Below, in pieces: positions 13,266-25,020 of a DNA stretch of 64,000 nucleotides. Every line of letters begins with the position of its first letter. Position 1 is the first letter of the stretch. Position numbers and translations under genes: made by a program. Below the pieces are notes generated by a model, which saw only the letters and a list, made by a program, of their open reading frames with translations, was not told where the DNA came from and did no database searches. Source of the stretch: Leucoraja ocellata (taxonomy: Eukaryota). The stretch covers positions 186,001 through 250,000 of the forward strand of contig JAWMAR010000982.1 of NCBI GenBank assembly GCA_036785375.1, given 5' to 3'.

Positions 13266-13616
13266 TTAGTTTAGTTTAGAGATACAGCGCGGAAATGCTG
13301 TAGATAATGCGGGAACAGGCCCTTCAGTCCACAAAGTCCGCACCGACCATCGATCCCTACACATTAACACAAGCCTACACACATTAGGGCCAACTTACAC
13401 TTATACCAAGTATACAAACCCAAGCTAATTAACCTACAAACTTGTACGTCTTTGGAGTGTAGGAGGAAATCGAAGATCTCGGAGAAAACCCTCACGACAA
13501 GGGGAGAACGTACAAACTTCCTACAGACAGCACCCATAGTCTGGATCGAACCGGGGTCTCTGACGCTGCAAGCGCTATAAGGCAGCAACTGTAATGCTGC
13601 TCCACGTTGCCGTCCT
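13266..13616 (-). mobile_element. HE1-type tRNA-derived V-SINE
   Basis: tRNA-like head with B box (GGTTCGATCC), V-domain ttcctcctacactccaaagac, CR1-like 3' end and (ctaaa)n tail. Confidence 0.85.
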
Positions 13617-14749
13617 TAAATTGGCCAACCACATCTTGGTTGTAAATAAGTCCCATAAAGTCCCATACATACCATAAAGTGCAAAAAACTTCAGATTTAA
13701 ATCATTAGAATATTTAATTGATCCTGTTTTTTTTTATTGGTACAAGTTTACATCACTGATATGCAATTTATATTTCATGAGATTATCTACCCAGTTGAAT
13801 ATCAGAACAAAATAAAAAATGTAATTTATGTTCCAATGTTACAACTTCAGCTGAAGCTTCATCTAACACAGGGCACAGGTTCAGAATTAGGGTTTCAAAG
13901 TTCCAGCTTTACCAGTGTAATCATTAGACAATCTATTACTCAAAGAAATGTCAACAGCATACTCTGGGAATAAACCCAATTCTGCTTAAGAAATAATGGA
14001 CTGCTTGAATACCACAGTTTTATGAGTGGTGGAGAGAGAATACTTCAGCTAACAATCTCCAACTGGAACATGTCACACCTGAACAATCTCCTCTACATAT
14101 AACTTTCATTTGACAGATACTTTTCTAAATAATTAATGTATTGAACAGCTTTTTCTGTGGAGAAATATGGCTTGCCGTTTTTGATTAATTCTGTGACACT
14201 GTTGAACTTACAATGTTTTTTGCTTGTGGTTTCTATAATTTTCACTGTATTAAAATACTGATGAGAAGAGCTTCACAGACACAAAGTACCCTGTAGTGTT
14301 TCTCTGAAATGGCCGTTATTTATGTGCACGCCTTGACTGTGAGTGTAGATGAGTATTTGCAAATCTGAGTGCAAGGCCTGACTGGGAATAAATATGTCAT
14401 TTATGAGTGTGAGACTTGAATGTCAGTATGCACGTCGGTGAAGAGGGCAGAGGGTGCAGGGTTCAGCATCCTGGTTCTGCAGAAGTGACATTTTCCAGTA
14501 CAAAAGTTGATCAGCCACCCCCATAAGTCTGATTTTAACCTATAACCGAACTTTTCAGAACAGAGATGGAGAGATTTCACTTAACGGCATATAAAGACTT
14601 CATTTAAAACCTCTATTTCATGAGAATTGTTTTTCTCATGAAATGCCAAAGGAATGCAATTCCACAGTCATAGATATCATTGTGATGCTGTTGGCAATCT
14701 CAGTACAAACGGCAAATATGTATACTCTACAAACTCATCATAAATGTGG

Positions 14750-15013
14750 CTCGTTTTCAACTAGCCCACAGCTAACAACAAACTGTTTCCATTATCATTG
14801 TTTCTTTTTTGCATATCTTTCATTCATTCATTTGTTCTATGTCTCTCTATATCTCTCGTTTCCCTCTCCCCTGACTTTCAGCTTGAAGAAGGGTCTCAAC
14901 CTGAAACGTCACCTATTCCTTTGCTCCAGAGATGCTGTTTGACCCGCTGAATTACTCCAGCTTTTTGAGTCTATCTTCAGTTTAAACCAGCATCTGCAGT
15001 TCCTCCCTACACA
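14750..15013 (+). mobile_element. Penelope-derived repeat
   Basis: Longer copy of the 1403 repeat, including gaagaagggtctcaacctgaaacgtcacc. Confidence 0.7.
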
Positions 15014-15271
15014 TGAATGTGGCACTGACATGTTCTGTTGCTGTGAATCAGAAATCTCAGAGAATAATGTGTCTGGTTTTGTGTAAGGTGTAGGGTTAAA
15101 TAATCAGAAAGAAAAAATATAAACATCTTTTCCACTAAATATAACAGTCAACCAGATCGAAATAGAGTAAGCCCTCATTATAATGGACCATGCATGGAGG
15201 GCGGGGGAAGGGGAGAATGGCGTTCAATATTGCCGATTATCCGCTATAACCGAGTAAAGAATTATCATTGT

Positions 15272-15510
15272 ATGTAGTTGAAACAAAGAAATGCAGACGA
15301 TGGTTAATGCAGAAAAGGACACCAAGTGATGGAGTAACTCAGCGGGTCAGGCAGCATCTCTGGAGAACATGGGTAGGGATCGTCGGGACCCTTCTTTGGA
15401 CTATAATAATAATAATAATTTTATTTATAGAGCACTTTAAAAACAAACGTAGCTGCAACAAAGTGCTGGACTGATTCGGTCTACTGAGTTACTCCAGCAT
15501 TTTGTGTCGT
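15272..15510. mobile_element. Penelope-derived fold-back repeat
   Basis: ggagtaactcagcgggtcaggcagcatctctggaga ... ctgagttactccagcattttgtgtc. Confidence 0.6.
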
Positions 15511-16244
15511 TTCACCTTTCAACTAGTGCCAATGACACTGGTCTGCACCAGCGAGCACTTCTTAACAATCGGTATGGTCTGGAGACATGGCTGTTGTTGC
15601 GGCTAACATTGTAGCCCATGGGGACAGTATTTCCTCCCCTCTCACCTGTTGCTGCTTTTAAGGTGGAGTATGTCGGTGACTCTAGGGGCGAGGGAGGAGG
15701 AGGCAATGGTGGAGGGAGGGGACATGAGGCTGATTAGACAGAGCGACGGAGAAGGAAGAAGTGGTGACAGTCGAGCAGGGAGTGGACAAAGCAATGGCAG
15801 GCAGGAAGCATCTGCAGATGGGAGGGAAGGGAGCCCCATGATCAGCCCCTAGGCCGATTGGACCGATTTTTCCAAATTGGGCCCCGCGTTAATTTTCCGT
15901 ATTTCATATGAACATATAAATTCGCTATGTTAAATAAAGATTTTTAAAAAATCATTCGCCATACGGATTTTTTTACAAAACGAACATGGATAACAAACGA
16001 TGTGTTAACTGCTGCTGTAACACTTGTAAACAGGCAGTAGTTAGCAAGTAGTTAAACAATTTCCTCAGTAAATGTGTTATATTGTGTCACTCGCTGCCAC
16101 GGAGCTGACCTGGGGGGGGGGGGGGGGTACACAAAAAAGCTGGAGAAACTCAGCAGGTGCAGTGGGGGGTGGGGGGGGGGGGGGTGTTAACTGGTTCGGC
16201 GCCTACAACAGCAGACCTGGTTGGAGGTTTGAGTGTGTTAACAT

Positions 16245-16425
16245 CGGTGTCTGTCTGTGTATGTGTGTGACTCTGTGTCTGTGTATGTCTCTGTGTTTCT
16301 GTGTGTGTGTCTCTCTGTGTCTGTGTGTGTCTGCGTTTCTGGGTCTCTGTGGCTGTGTGTGTGTGGTCTCTCTCTATCTGCTTGTGTGGCTGTGTGTGTT
16401 TCTCTGTCTGTGTGTGTGTGTGGGG
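16245..16425. repeat. Imperfect (TG)/(TC) microsatellite with flanking poly-G tracts
   Basis: gtgtctgtctgtgtatgtgtgtgactctgtgtctgtg...; poly-G near 16112-16127 and 16163-16185. Confidence 0.9.
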
Positions 16426-16691
16426 GGGAGAGACAGAGGGGGGGTGTTTCAGTTTGCAAACCACTCGTTTTCAATAAGAGGTGGATACGATTACTGACAC
16501 AACGAGCAGCTCACGGAGCAGGGTCAGAATGAGAAACACTGCTCGGCTCTCACACACACTTGGTGGAGAAGAGGGATGTGGGAACGCTGTACACAGGTGG
16601 TGCCTCACTCTCACACTGGGATCCCCCCCCTGTCATTGCGCAGTCTATCTGATTCCCTGCATCCCCCTTCACCCCCCCCCCCCCCCCCCCA

Positions 16692-16840
16692 CTCTATGGA
16701 GCGAAGGAAATATGCAAAGTTTCGGGTCGAAACCTTTCTTTAGACCCGGCCCGAAACGTTGGCTATTTCCTTCGCTCCATAGATGCTGCCTCACACCCGC
16801 TCCCGCTGGGTTTCTCCAGCATTTTTGTCAACCTTCGATT
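16692..16840. mobile_element. Penelope-derived fold-back repeat (variant subfamily)
   Basis: ctatggagcgaaggaaata..tttcgggtcg ... ccgaaacg..tatttccttcgctccatag inverted arms. Confidence 0.65.
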
Positions 16841-17574
16841 TTGCGCGTAACCTCAATTGATCCCTTGTTCGCGCTGACACAGGAGTAAGCTCCACCGCCC
16901 GCTGTGATGTTATCCATCACCTGCTGACCCGCTCCGCTCTATGAACTTTGCTATTGAGCTGGTCCCCTCACAGTTTAGACGGAGAGCGCTGCTAGAAGGC
17001 GCTGAGATGACAGTCGGTTCCGCTGTCTGGTGATGGTTGCCGCTCGTAGCGCCGTGGCAGCGGTGAGTGAGTGTTACTGGCATGAACCCAACCCCCTCCT
17101 TCTCAACGCTCCTTCCCTCCTTGCAAGTTTACCCCTGGCTAGATTCCCCACACGCTGTGAAAGGAACTCCCCCCCCCCCCCAAATTGTCATGTTACTCAC
17201 GACACGCGACTCAATCATAATTATTTATATATATATTTCTACGAAAATTGTTCCCAATTGGGCCCCGCACCTCCTAAGGCCGGCTCTGCCCATGATGACC
17301 AAGCGTGTCCTGTCGCTGGCGGCTGCCTGAAGGAAGCTCTGTCCTCAAGAGCTACAATGTGAGCCACAACAACAGCCATGTTGACGGACCATGCGGTGGG
17401 TGAAGTAGGGCTCAATGGTGCATTTTGCGAGTCGAGGTTTGTTTAGGAAGCTGGGGCTCTAAGCGGCTGGGGAGATGATACAAACAGGGATGGGTCAGTA
17501 AGTCTGTCCTCTATATCCAAAATCCATTATAAAGGGGTCCGTCAAAACGATGGTTTACTGCATCTCTGATTGAT

Positions 17575-17710
17575 CTTCTTCCTTCGTGTGGCGTGCACAG
17601 CCTAAAGTTGTTGGACAACTTGTTCTATTTGATCTTCCGTTTGTGCACGTCGAGTTGATTGCATTAGTCGAAACAGGGTGGACCACGTGAAGGTTGCAAT
17701 CTTCCACCCC
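17575..17710 (-). mobile_element. 136-bp ribozyme-headed short retroposon, copy 1
   Basis: 11-bp TSD CTCTGATTGAT (17564-17574 and 17711-17721). Starts GGGGTGG and ends in a GAA-repeat tail. Same length and ends as copy 2 at 62470-62605. Confidence 0.9.
17657..17710 (-). ncRNA. Minimal HDV-like (CPEB3-type) ribozyme
   Basis: Minus strand: P1 GGGGTGG, J1/2 AA, P2 GATTGCA, P3 ACC, L3 TTCACGT, P3' GGT, P1' CCACCCT, GT, mini-P4 TTCGA, J4/2 CTAA, P2' TGCAATC. P1-P3 pair fully, with a G-U wobble at the cleavage site. Activity untested. Confidence 0.85.
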
Positions 17711-18699
17711 CTCTGATTGATGAAATAGTGAAATAGATTTAGTGTTGATTAAGTAATAAAATTAAAATGATCACTTTTTACAATTCCTTAAACATTGAAG
17801 TCCCAACATTAAGTAGTAAGAAATAATTTACAGGACAAAAAAAAGATTTTAGTTGGAAGCCAAATACCAAAAAGAAATGATAGGACTTTTAGTTCTGACG
17901 ATATCTAAACTGTTGATCAAGTGGATCTATTGCAGAGGACAAATGTACTCAGAATGACAAATTTTACATGCGTACATGTGTCAAGTATTAATCAGCTTTA
18001 TAAAGTAGGATAGTGTTGAAAGTGCTAAGAAAAGTTTACGAATTACTCCTCAAATTATAATTATTTTGAAAGTATAGGTTAAAAAAAAAACAATTACTCT
18101 GATTAGATTTGGCAGCTCTACACTAGAGTTCCCAATGTTGGTCAAGTTAACTTGGTTTAAAAATTCCCATACTTTTATTCACATTCACAAGTTTCATGCC
18201 CTCTAGCATTGCTATGAACCCTCTTAATTCCTTAATTTTAAGTTCTTAATCAACGCTTTCTTCATTTCATCATTTCTGCCCATATGCTCAAGCACACAGT
18301 CCCCAGGTTCTAGAATTGCCAGCCTGTGTCCTTTTAAACCTACTGAGTAAACATGAGGTTAGATTTTTAGTATAACCTTCCTTAGTTTGTACTTCGATTA
18401 CAACTATGCAATATGATTTGTGATTTTCTTTATTAAATTTGCTATACAAAGACATGCTGTTGAGAAGAAGTGCCGATGAGTAATTCTGTTGCAGCATTTG
18501 GAGTAATTGTTCATTATTTAGGATATATTAAAGCACAGTTTTTATGCTTCAAGACAAACTATACTCAGCAATACAGTATGGAAATTAGAAGGTGATTCAC
18601 ATGAACCTGGCTTTCCCTTTCCTTGTGGTAGAAGTTATAAATTGAAAAGGACCTGAGTAAGTAACCACAGTGCTTTTTGCGGATTGTACTCTGCAGGTG

Positions 18700-18945
18700 T
18701 TAGAATCAGAGACATACAGCATTGAAACAGACTCTTCTGCCCAACATTCCCACGCCGACCAAGGTGCCTCATTTACACTAGTACCACCTGCCAGCGTTGG
18801 CCAATATCCCACTAAACCTTCCCTGATCATATGTACCTGTCCAAATATCTTTTAAATGTTGTGATAGTACCTGCCTCAAATACCTCCTGTGGCAGCTCAT
18901 ACCATATACCACCTCCTGTTAAATCTTTTCCACCTCAGCTTAAAA
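18700..18945 (-). mobile_element. CR1 3' fragment
   Basis: gacatacagcattgaaacag..tacctgtccaaatatcttttaaatgttg..cctcctgtggcagctcat is the reverse complement of a CR1 C-terminus/UTR. Confidence 0.7.
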
Positions 18946-19098
18946 ATGAATAGCCATGGGTCATGGAGTACATTCTATGTCCTTGTGACTTTCAGTGGTC
19001 TTAGGATTTGTACAACTTGAAGGAGTGCCAATTATAAGCTGAGGGCAGTGGGTGGTGAGTAGGATCTTTCTTTGCCCATGCTTGAGTTCATTGCATGA

Positions 19099-19405
19099 GG
19101 CGGCACGGTGGAGCAGTGACAGAGTTGCTGCCTTACAGCGACAGATACCCGAGTTCGATCCTGACTATGGGCGCTGTCTGTACAGTGTTTGTACGTTCTC
19201 CCTGTGACTGCATGAGATTTTTCCAGGAGCTCCGGTTTCCTCCCACACTCCAAAGACGTGCTGTTTCATAGGTTAATTGGCTTTGATAAAAAATTGTAAA
19301 TTGTCCCTAGTGCGTAGAATAGTGCTAGTGTAAGTGGATCACTGGTCGGCGTGGATTCAGTGGACCGAAGGGCCTGTTTCTGCGCCGTATCTCTAAACTA
19401 AACTA
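19099..19405 (+). mobile_element. HE1-type V-SINE, full length
   Basis: ggcggcacggtggagcag (A box), gagttcgatcc (B box), V-domain, and tail tatctctaaactaaacta. Confidence 0.9.
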
Positions 19406-19496
19406 TACTTGATACGGTCTGAAGTCAATGTTGAGGACACCCAAGGCTACCCTTTCCCACCAGTGCAAGCTGTCACAATCCACTCCAGCAATATCA

Positions 19497-19753
19497 GTAG
19501 GAAGGAACTGCAGATGCTGGTTTACACCGAAGATAGACACAAAATGCTGGAGTAACTCAGCAGGCAGGCAGCATCTCTGGAGAGAAGGAATGGGTGGCGT
19601 TTCGGTTGAGAACCTGCTTCTGAATGGAGAGATATGGACCACGGAAGCAGAGGAGAAGGGTCTGAAGAACGATCTTGACCTGAAACATCACCCATTCCTT
19701 CTATCCAGAGATGCTGCCTGCCCGCTGAGTTACCCCAGCATTTTGTGTCTATC
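19497..19753. mobile_element. Penelope-derived fold-back element
   Basis: Long inverted arms gatagacacaaaatgctggagtaactcagc...gctgagttaccccagcattttgtgtctatc, with a hammerhead-like core at ~19658-19693. Confidence 0.75.
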
Positions 19754-22027
19754 TCCAGCAATATGAGTGGGTCTATTCAATAACTGTGAGGAGGAGCTTG
19801 ACACATTTTAAGTTATATTGTCAGCTGTTGTTTGACTAGTCTGTGGAATAGTTCCTTCATCTGCAAGGTTAGCTGAGCTGGAAAACAGTTATTCTGTGGA
19901 AAGGGCAGGCTGTGATGGATAGATGATGGATGAATGGGGATTTGGTGAGTTAGAATGGACGCACCACGGTATTAAATGAATTCAACCTTCCAGGAAGTTG
20001 GCTGATGGGAAACCCATCAGAAGAGCATTGGGATGGCCAACTCTAGAGACAACGGCTTGCATGATTTCTCCAGAAAGTGTTATGGGCACAGATGTACCTG
20101 CAGGTGCTCAGGCAATGAAAGGTTTACCTCAATTTCAAACACTACACGAATGGTCTGGTATAGACTCAAACAATCGTCACAGAGATGGAGTGAGTGAATG
20201 TCCAGGGGAATGTTTTTTTTGACCAGCTTCAGTCTTCTAACTGAAGGAAATTTCTGCGCAAGATGCCATTGGAGTACAATCTGTTTGCCGATGCACTGAC
20301 AATGGAGAGGCTAAGATAGAAGTTGTATGTTGCAGCCGTATGTTGGCAGCGTACTTGTGGAACTTGTCTTCGCAGTTGGTAAGATGTGAACGAAACAGGA
20401 GGTTTTAATTATCTATCAGATGTGGCTGTAATAACTTACATAAAGTTTATAATAAGTATGGATAGACTAATAAAACACACAATTTCTCCCATTAATAGTT
20501 AGGAGATTAAATGTTAGCCCTTTAAAACTGGAAACAGTAGAAATTTCTAAACTCAAAGTCATGAGGCTATGATGTGTAGGAATTCACTTCAAAAATATAT
20601 GGTCAACATTCAATTTAGATTTAATGTGGAAAAAGTGCAAAAGAAGATGAAGGGAAATGGAAACAGAATGGGTAAATATGAGCAGTAACGAGGGAATATT
20701 ACATTAATAGTAATGAAATAAAAGATCAGTTAGTTTATTGTTGATCAGGCAGATTTCGGCTAGATAGCATCTTAGCCAAGAATAGTGTAGAGAGACTAAA
20801 CAGGAAAAGTAGATGAAACCAAGTATTTTGTACAAATATATTAAAAATATTTTCATTAATAATAAAGTTGAGTAACTAAAGTAAAAAAGATGAACAAACA
20901 AATACATCTTCAAAACAATATTAGAGCCCTCTACATCCAAAATCTCAATGAAAAAATCAGTCATGACTTTTGCAGGATACAGATTTTGTATGTGATTTTA
21001 ACACATTATAGGCTACTGTAAAATTTTATCATGAAAATCATCTGCTTCTGATCTTATTATTTAGTAAATATCTGAGGTCATCAAGATGAAAATGAAATAT
21101 GTGGCAGGGGGAGAGAGGGGAGGAAATGCAAGGATGTGTGTAAGGGAATGGTGATTACAACCATAAGTAAAGTTGATTGTGGAGAAAATGAATGTTTAAA
21201 AATCTTAAACCCTTCCAGTTTGGAGAAAGGGTTGCAGAGGGGGATGGGCTGCCCATCCATTCTCAGTAAGGGAGGCTGCTGGAACTGGGGTGGTCAGATC
21301 ATATATTATATTATGACAGAGATATGCCTCAGATCTAATATCTTTTAGGTTTGACATTGGCCAGCTGGATTCCAGAAACCAGTGAATAAAAAAAGCAGAG
21401 GGGTAGCTCCTGCAAAGTTAAGTGCCTTCACTGACTGCCTACAAGCCTACATACAGTAAGGATAATTCCTTCCAGTCCAGCTAATTTACTTTCTCTACTC
21501 TCCGACAATTGCTCTATTCTCCTCCCCCATCCAGCTAGTCGAACATCGGAATGAATCCCTTCCACAGTCTGTCCTCCATCCTCTGTCAGAATCTGACTCA
21601 TGAATCAGACCCTCACTTAGATTCAACACTAACGTTTAAGTTAAATTAAAATAACCCCACTTCCACACACACCCACTTGAAATCGCAAGTGGTGATCTAT
21701 GACTGCTCCAGGCCTTCAACCTCATTCAGCTGACTGGGTGCCAAGCTTGCCAAATAACTTGGCCTGTTGACCGGTAAAATCCTATAGCCTGCCAGGAAAC
21801 GTGGACATCAAAACAAATTTGCCCTTTTCCCATGGACCCGTCTTCAACTAAGTTACCATGACTCAGACACAGCAACCTCATGTCTCATCAAAAGGTTACC
21901 CAGTATTCCAGTATGTTGCAAAAAATAAAAGAACAGATGAACATTTAGTAGTGAGTAGGCTGCACCTCAGGGGAGCAGTCTTCCAGATGAGACATGAATG
22001 ACAAGTACAAGTCAATGTAAAACATTT

Positions 22028-24232
22028 GGGGCAGCACAGTGGCGCAGCAGCAGTGCCTTACAGCGCCAGACACACAGGTTTGATCCTGACTATAGGTACT
22101 GTCTGTATGGAGTTCGTACGTTCTCATTGTGACCAGGACTAAACTGAAAAAGGAGATCAGAAGGGCACCAAGGGGCCAGGAGATAGCTCTGGCGGGTAGC
22201 ATGAAGGACGATCCCAAAATATATTATAAATACATAAGGGGGAAAAGGGTAACTAGAGAGAGAGTGGGACCTCTTAGGAATCAAAGCGGTCACCTCTGTG
22301 TGGAGCCACAGGAGATGGGCAAGGTCCTCAATGAGTATTTCTCCTCTGTATTTACCGAGGAGAAAGACAGTAGGACGGTGGAACTTGGGGCAGTCAGTGG
22401 AGGTTTCTTGAGAGCAGTCAGTGTTACCGTTGAAGTAGTACTGAAGGTACTGTCTTGTATGAAGGTAGACAAATCTCCAGGGCCTGATCAGATATATCCG
22501 AGGACATTGCGGGAAACTAGAGAGGAAATTGCGGGAGCCCTGGTTGAAATTTACGAGTCATCCTTAAATACAGGAGAGGTGCCGGAAGACTGGAGGGTAG
22601 CAAATGTTGTGCCTCTTTTCAAGAAGGGCTGCAGGAAAAATGCTGGGAACTATAGGCCAGTGAGTTTAACATCTGTAGTTGGAAAGTTACTAGAGGGTAT
22701 TCTGAGGGATAGGATATACAGGCATTTGGATGGGCAAGGGCTGATTAGGGATAGTCAGCATGGTTTTATACATGGGAGGTCATGTCTCACAAATCTGATT
22801 GATTTTTTTGAAGACGTAACCAAAATGGTCGATGAGGGCAGAGCTGTAGATGTTGTATATATGGATTTCAGTAAGGCATTCGACAAGGTTCTGCATGGTA
22901 GGCTGCTCTGGAAGGTTAGATCGCATGGGATCAAAGTAAATATAGCTGAATGGATAGCAAATTGGCTCCACGGAAGGAAGCAGAGGGTGATAGTGGAAGG
23001 TTGCTTCTCGGACTGGAGACTTGGGACTAGTGGTGTGCCTCAGGGTTCGGTGCTGGGCCCGTTACTGTTTGTCATCTACATCAATGATTTAGATGAGAAA
23101 ATGCAGGGCAAGATTAGCAAGTTTGCTGATGATACAAAAGTGAGTGGTTTTGCAGACAGTGAAGATAGTTGTGAAAGATTACAGCAGGATCTGGAACGAT
23201 TGGCCAGGTGGGCGGAGGAATGGTTGATGGAATTTAATGCAGAGAAGTGTGAGGTGTTGCACTTTGGGACGTCGGACAAGGGCAGGACCTACACAGTAAA
23301 TGGTAGGCCTCTGGGTAGTGTTGTAGAGCAGAGGGATCTAGGAGTACAAGTGCATGGTTCCATGAAGGTCAAGTCACAGGTGGATAAGGTGATCAAAAAG
23401 GCTTTTGGCACTTAGGCCTTCATCAGTCAGAATATTGAGTATAGAAGTTGGGAGTTCATGTTGCAGTTGTATAAGACGTTGATGAGACCGCATTTAGAAT
23501 ATTGTGTTCAGTTCTGGGCACCAAGTTATAGGAAAGATATTATCAAGCTTGAAAGGGGTCAGAAACGATTTACAAAGATGTTGCCAGGACTAGAGGGTGT
23601 GAGCTATAGGGAGAGGTTGGGTAGGCTGGGTCTCTATTGCATGGAGCACAGGAGGATGAGGGGTGATCTTATAAAGGTGTACAAAATCACGAGAGGAATA
23701 TATCAGGTAAATGCACAGAGTCTCTTGCCCAGAGTAGGGGAATCGAGGACCAGAGGACATAGGTTCAAGGTGAAGGGGAAAAGATTTAATAAGAATCAGA
23801 GGGGTAACGTTTTCACACAAAGGGTGGTATGTGTATGGAACAAGCTGCCAGAGGAGGTAGTTGAGGCTGGGACTACCCCATTGTTTAAGAAACAGTTAGG
23901 CAGATACATGGATAGGACAGGTTTGGAGGGATATGGACCAAGCACAGGCACGTGGGATTAATGTAGCTGGGACTTTGTTGGCCGGTGTGGGCAAGTTGGG
24001 CCGAAGGGCCTGTTTCCACACTGTATCACTCTATGACTCTTTGACCACAACGATTTTCTCCGGGTGCTCTGGTTTCCTCCCACACTCCAAAGACATACAG
24101 GTTTGTTGGTTAATTGAATGGTATAATTGTTCTTAGTGTGTAGGATAGTGCTAATGTACTTAGTGATCACTGATCGGCATGGATTAGGTGTGCCGAAGGG
24201 AACTGTTTCCGTGCTGTAACTCTAAGGTCTAA
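22028..24232 (+). mobile_element. HE1-type SINE split by a CR1 insertion (halves 22028-22135 and 24042-24232)
   Basis: The head lies before the CR1 and the V-domain/tail after it. TGACCA is duplicated at 22130-22135 and 24042-24047. Confidence 0.85.
22136..24041 (+). mobile_element. Young 5'-truncated CR1 LINE: RT domain to 3' end, one in-frame stop
   Basis: ORFs 22129-23415 and 23458-23961 share a frame, separated by TAG at 23413. Motifs YRPVSLTS, YMDFSKAFDKV, SGVPQGSVLGP, KFADDTK. Confidence 0.95.
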
Positions 24233-24394
24233 GGTAATGCCATGCTGTATTCAAAACAAAACATGGAATCTGGGCTATGTTAGAGAGGGTTTGGATGAAT
24301 TTTCACAATACTTGCCCAATTCATAAAAGCCACATGAATTGAATCTTCCATTGTGTGTAAATTCAGATTCAGATTAGTTTATTACCATATAGAC

Positions 24395-24628
24395 AAGTAC
24401 AGCACGGGAACAGGCCCTTCGGCCCACAATGTCTGTATAGAACATGATGCCAAGTTAAACTAATCTCCGCTGCCTGCATGTGATCCATATCCCTCCATTC
24501 TTTGCATATCCATGTGCATATCTAAAAGCCTCTTAAATGCCACTGCCTCCACCATCACCACTAGCAGCACGTTCCTGGCACCCACCACTCGCTGGATAAA
24601 CAACCTGCCCTGCACATCTCTTTTAAGT
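24395..24628 (-). mobile_element. CR1 3' fragment
   Basis: ORF 24460-24642 (FIQRVVGARNVL..AFKRLLDMHMD..MEGYG). Confidence 0.75.
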
Positions 24629-24629
24629 G

Positions 24630-24853
24630 CTGTTCGACTCACACTAGGAACAATTTACACTTATATCAAGCCAATTAACCTACAAACCTGTACGCCTTTA
24701 GAGTGTGGAAGGAAACCGAAGGTCTCGGAGAAACCCCACGCAGGTTACGGGGAGAACGTACAAACTCCGTACAGAGAACCCCCATAGTCGGGTTCAAACC
24801 CGTGTCCCCAGCGCCGCAAGGCAGCAACTCTACCGTTGCGCCACCATGACGCC
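24630..24853 (-). mobile_element. HE1-type SINE (head and V-domain)
   Basis: Reverse complement ggcgtcatggtggcgcaacggtagagttgctgcc..gggtttgaacccgac. Confidence 0.8.
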
Positions 24854-25020
24854 ACGATTGTCCAACCTGGGCACTGGTGGTGACAGCAGTAACCGCTCAT
24901 ACTTATCCCACTGTCAGATGGGCAACTGGATTGGCGGAGCCAATCACATCTGACCAACTACTTGTTGTTAACACGAGTCGCTCACTGAGCATTGGGAGCT
25001 AGAATCTCCCACCCTTTGAT

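Larger units (their letters stand above)
15842..17288. mobile_element. hAT-like non-autonomous DNA transposon
   Basis: Right end taaggccggctctg resembles a CAGGGCCGGC-type hAT TIR. The subterminal motif aattgggccccgc occurs near both ends (~15876, ~17256). Left TIR is eroded. Confidence 0.5.
15165..17560. mobile_element. Old pogo/Tigger-like (Tc1/mariner) non-autonomous element hosting nested insertions
   Basis: Left end ta|gagtaagccctcattataatggacc aligns with the reverse complement of the right end, cagtaaaccatcgttttgacggacc. CAGT-initial TIR with TA on the left flank. Confidence 0.55.

Noticed and set aside
16072-16532. ORFs rich in CV/HT repeats
   Set aside because: Translations of a (TG)n-type microsatellite.
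17575-17710. snRNA (U1/U5) or snoRNA pseudogene
   Set aside because: Similar in size, but no match to recalled U1/U5 sequences and no Sm site. The HDV-like fold, TSDs and GAA tail explain it better.
19099-19175. tRNA gene
   Set aside because: The A/B-box region is the tRNA-derived head of an HE1 SINE and continues into the V-domain and LINE tail. The same applies to the other copies.
19760-21350. Very old LINE remnants (CR1-like, possibly L1-like)
   Set aside because: Only faint resemblance; I could not fix motifs or boundaries well enough to call a feature.
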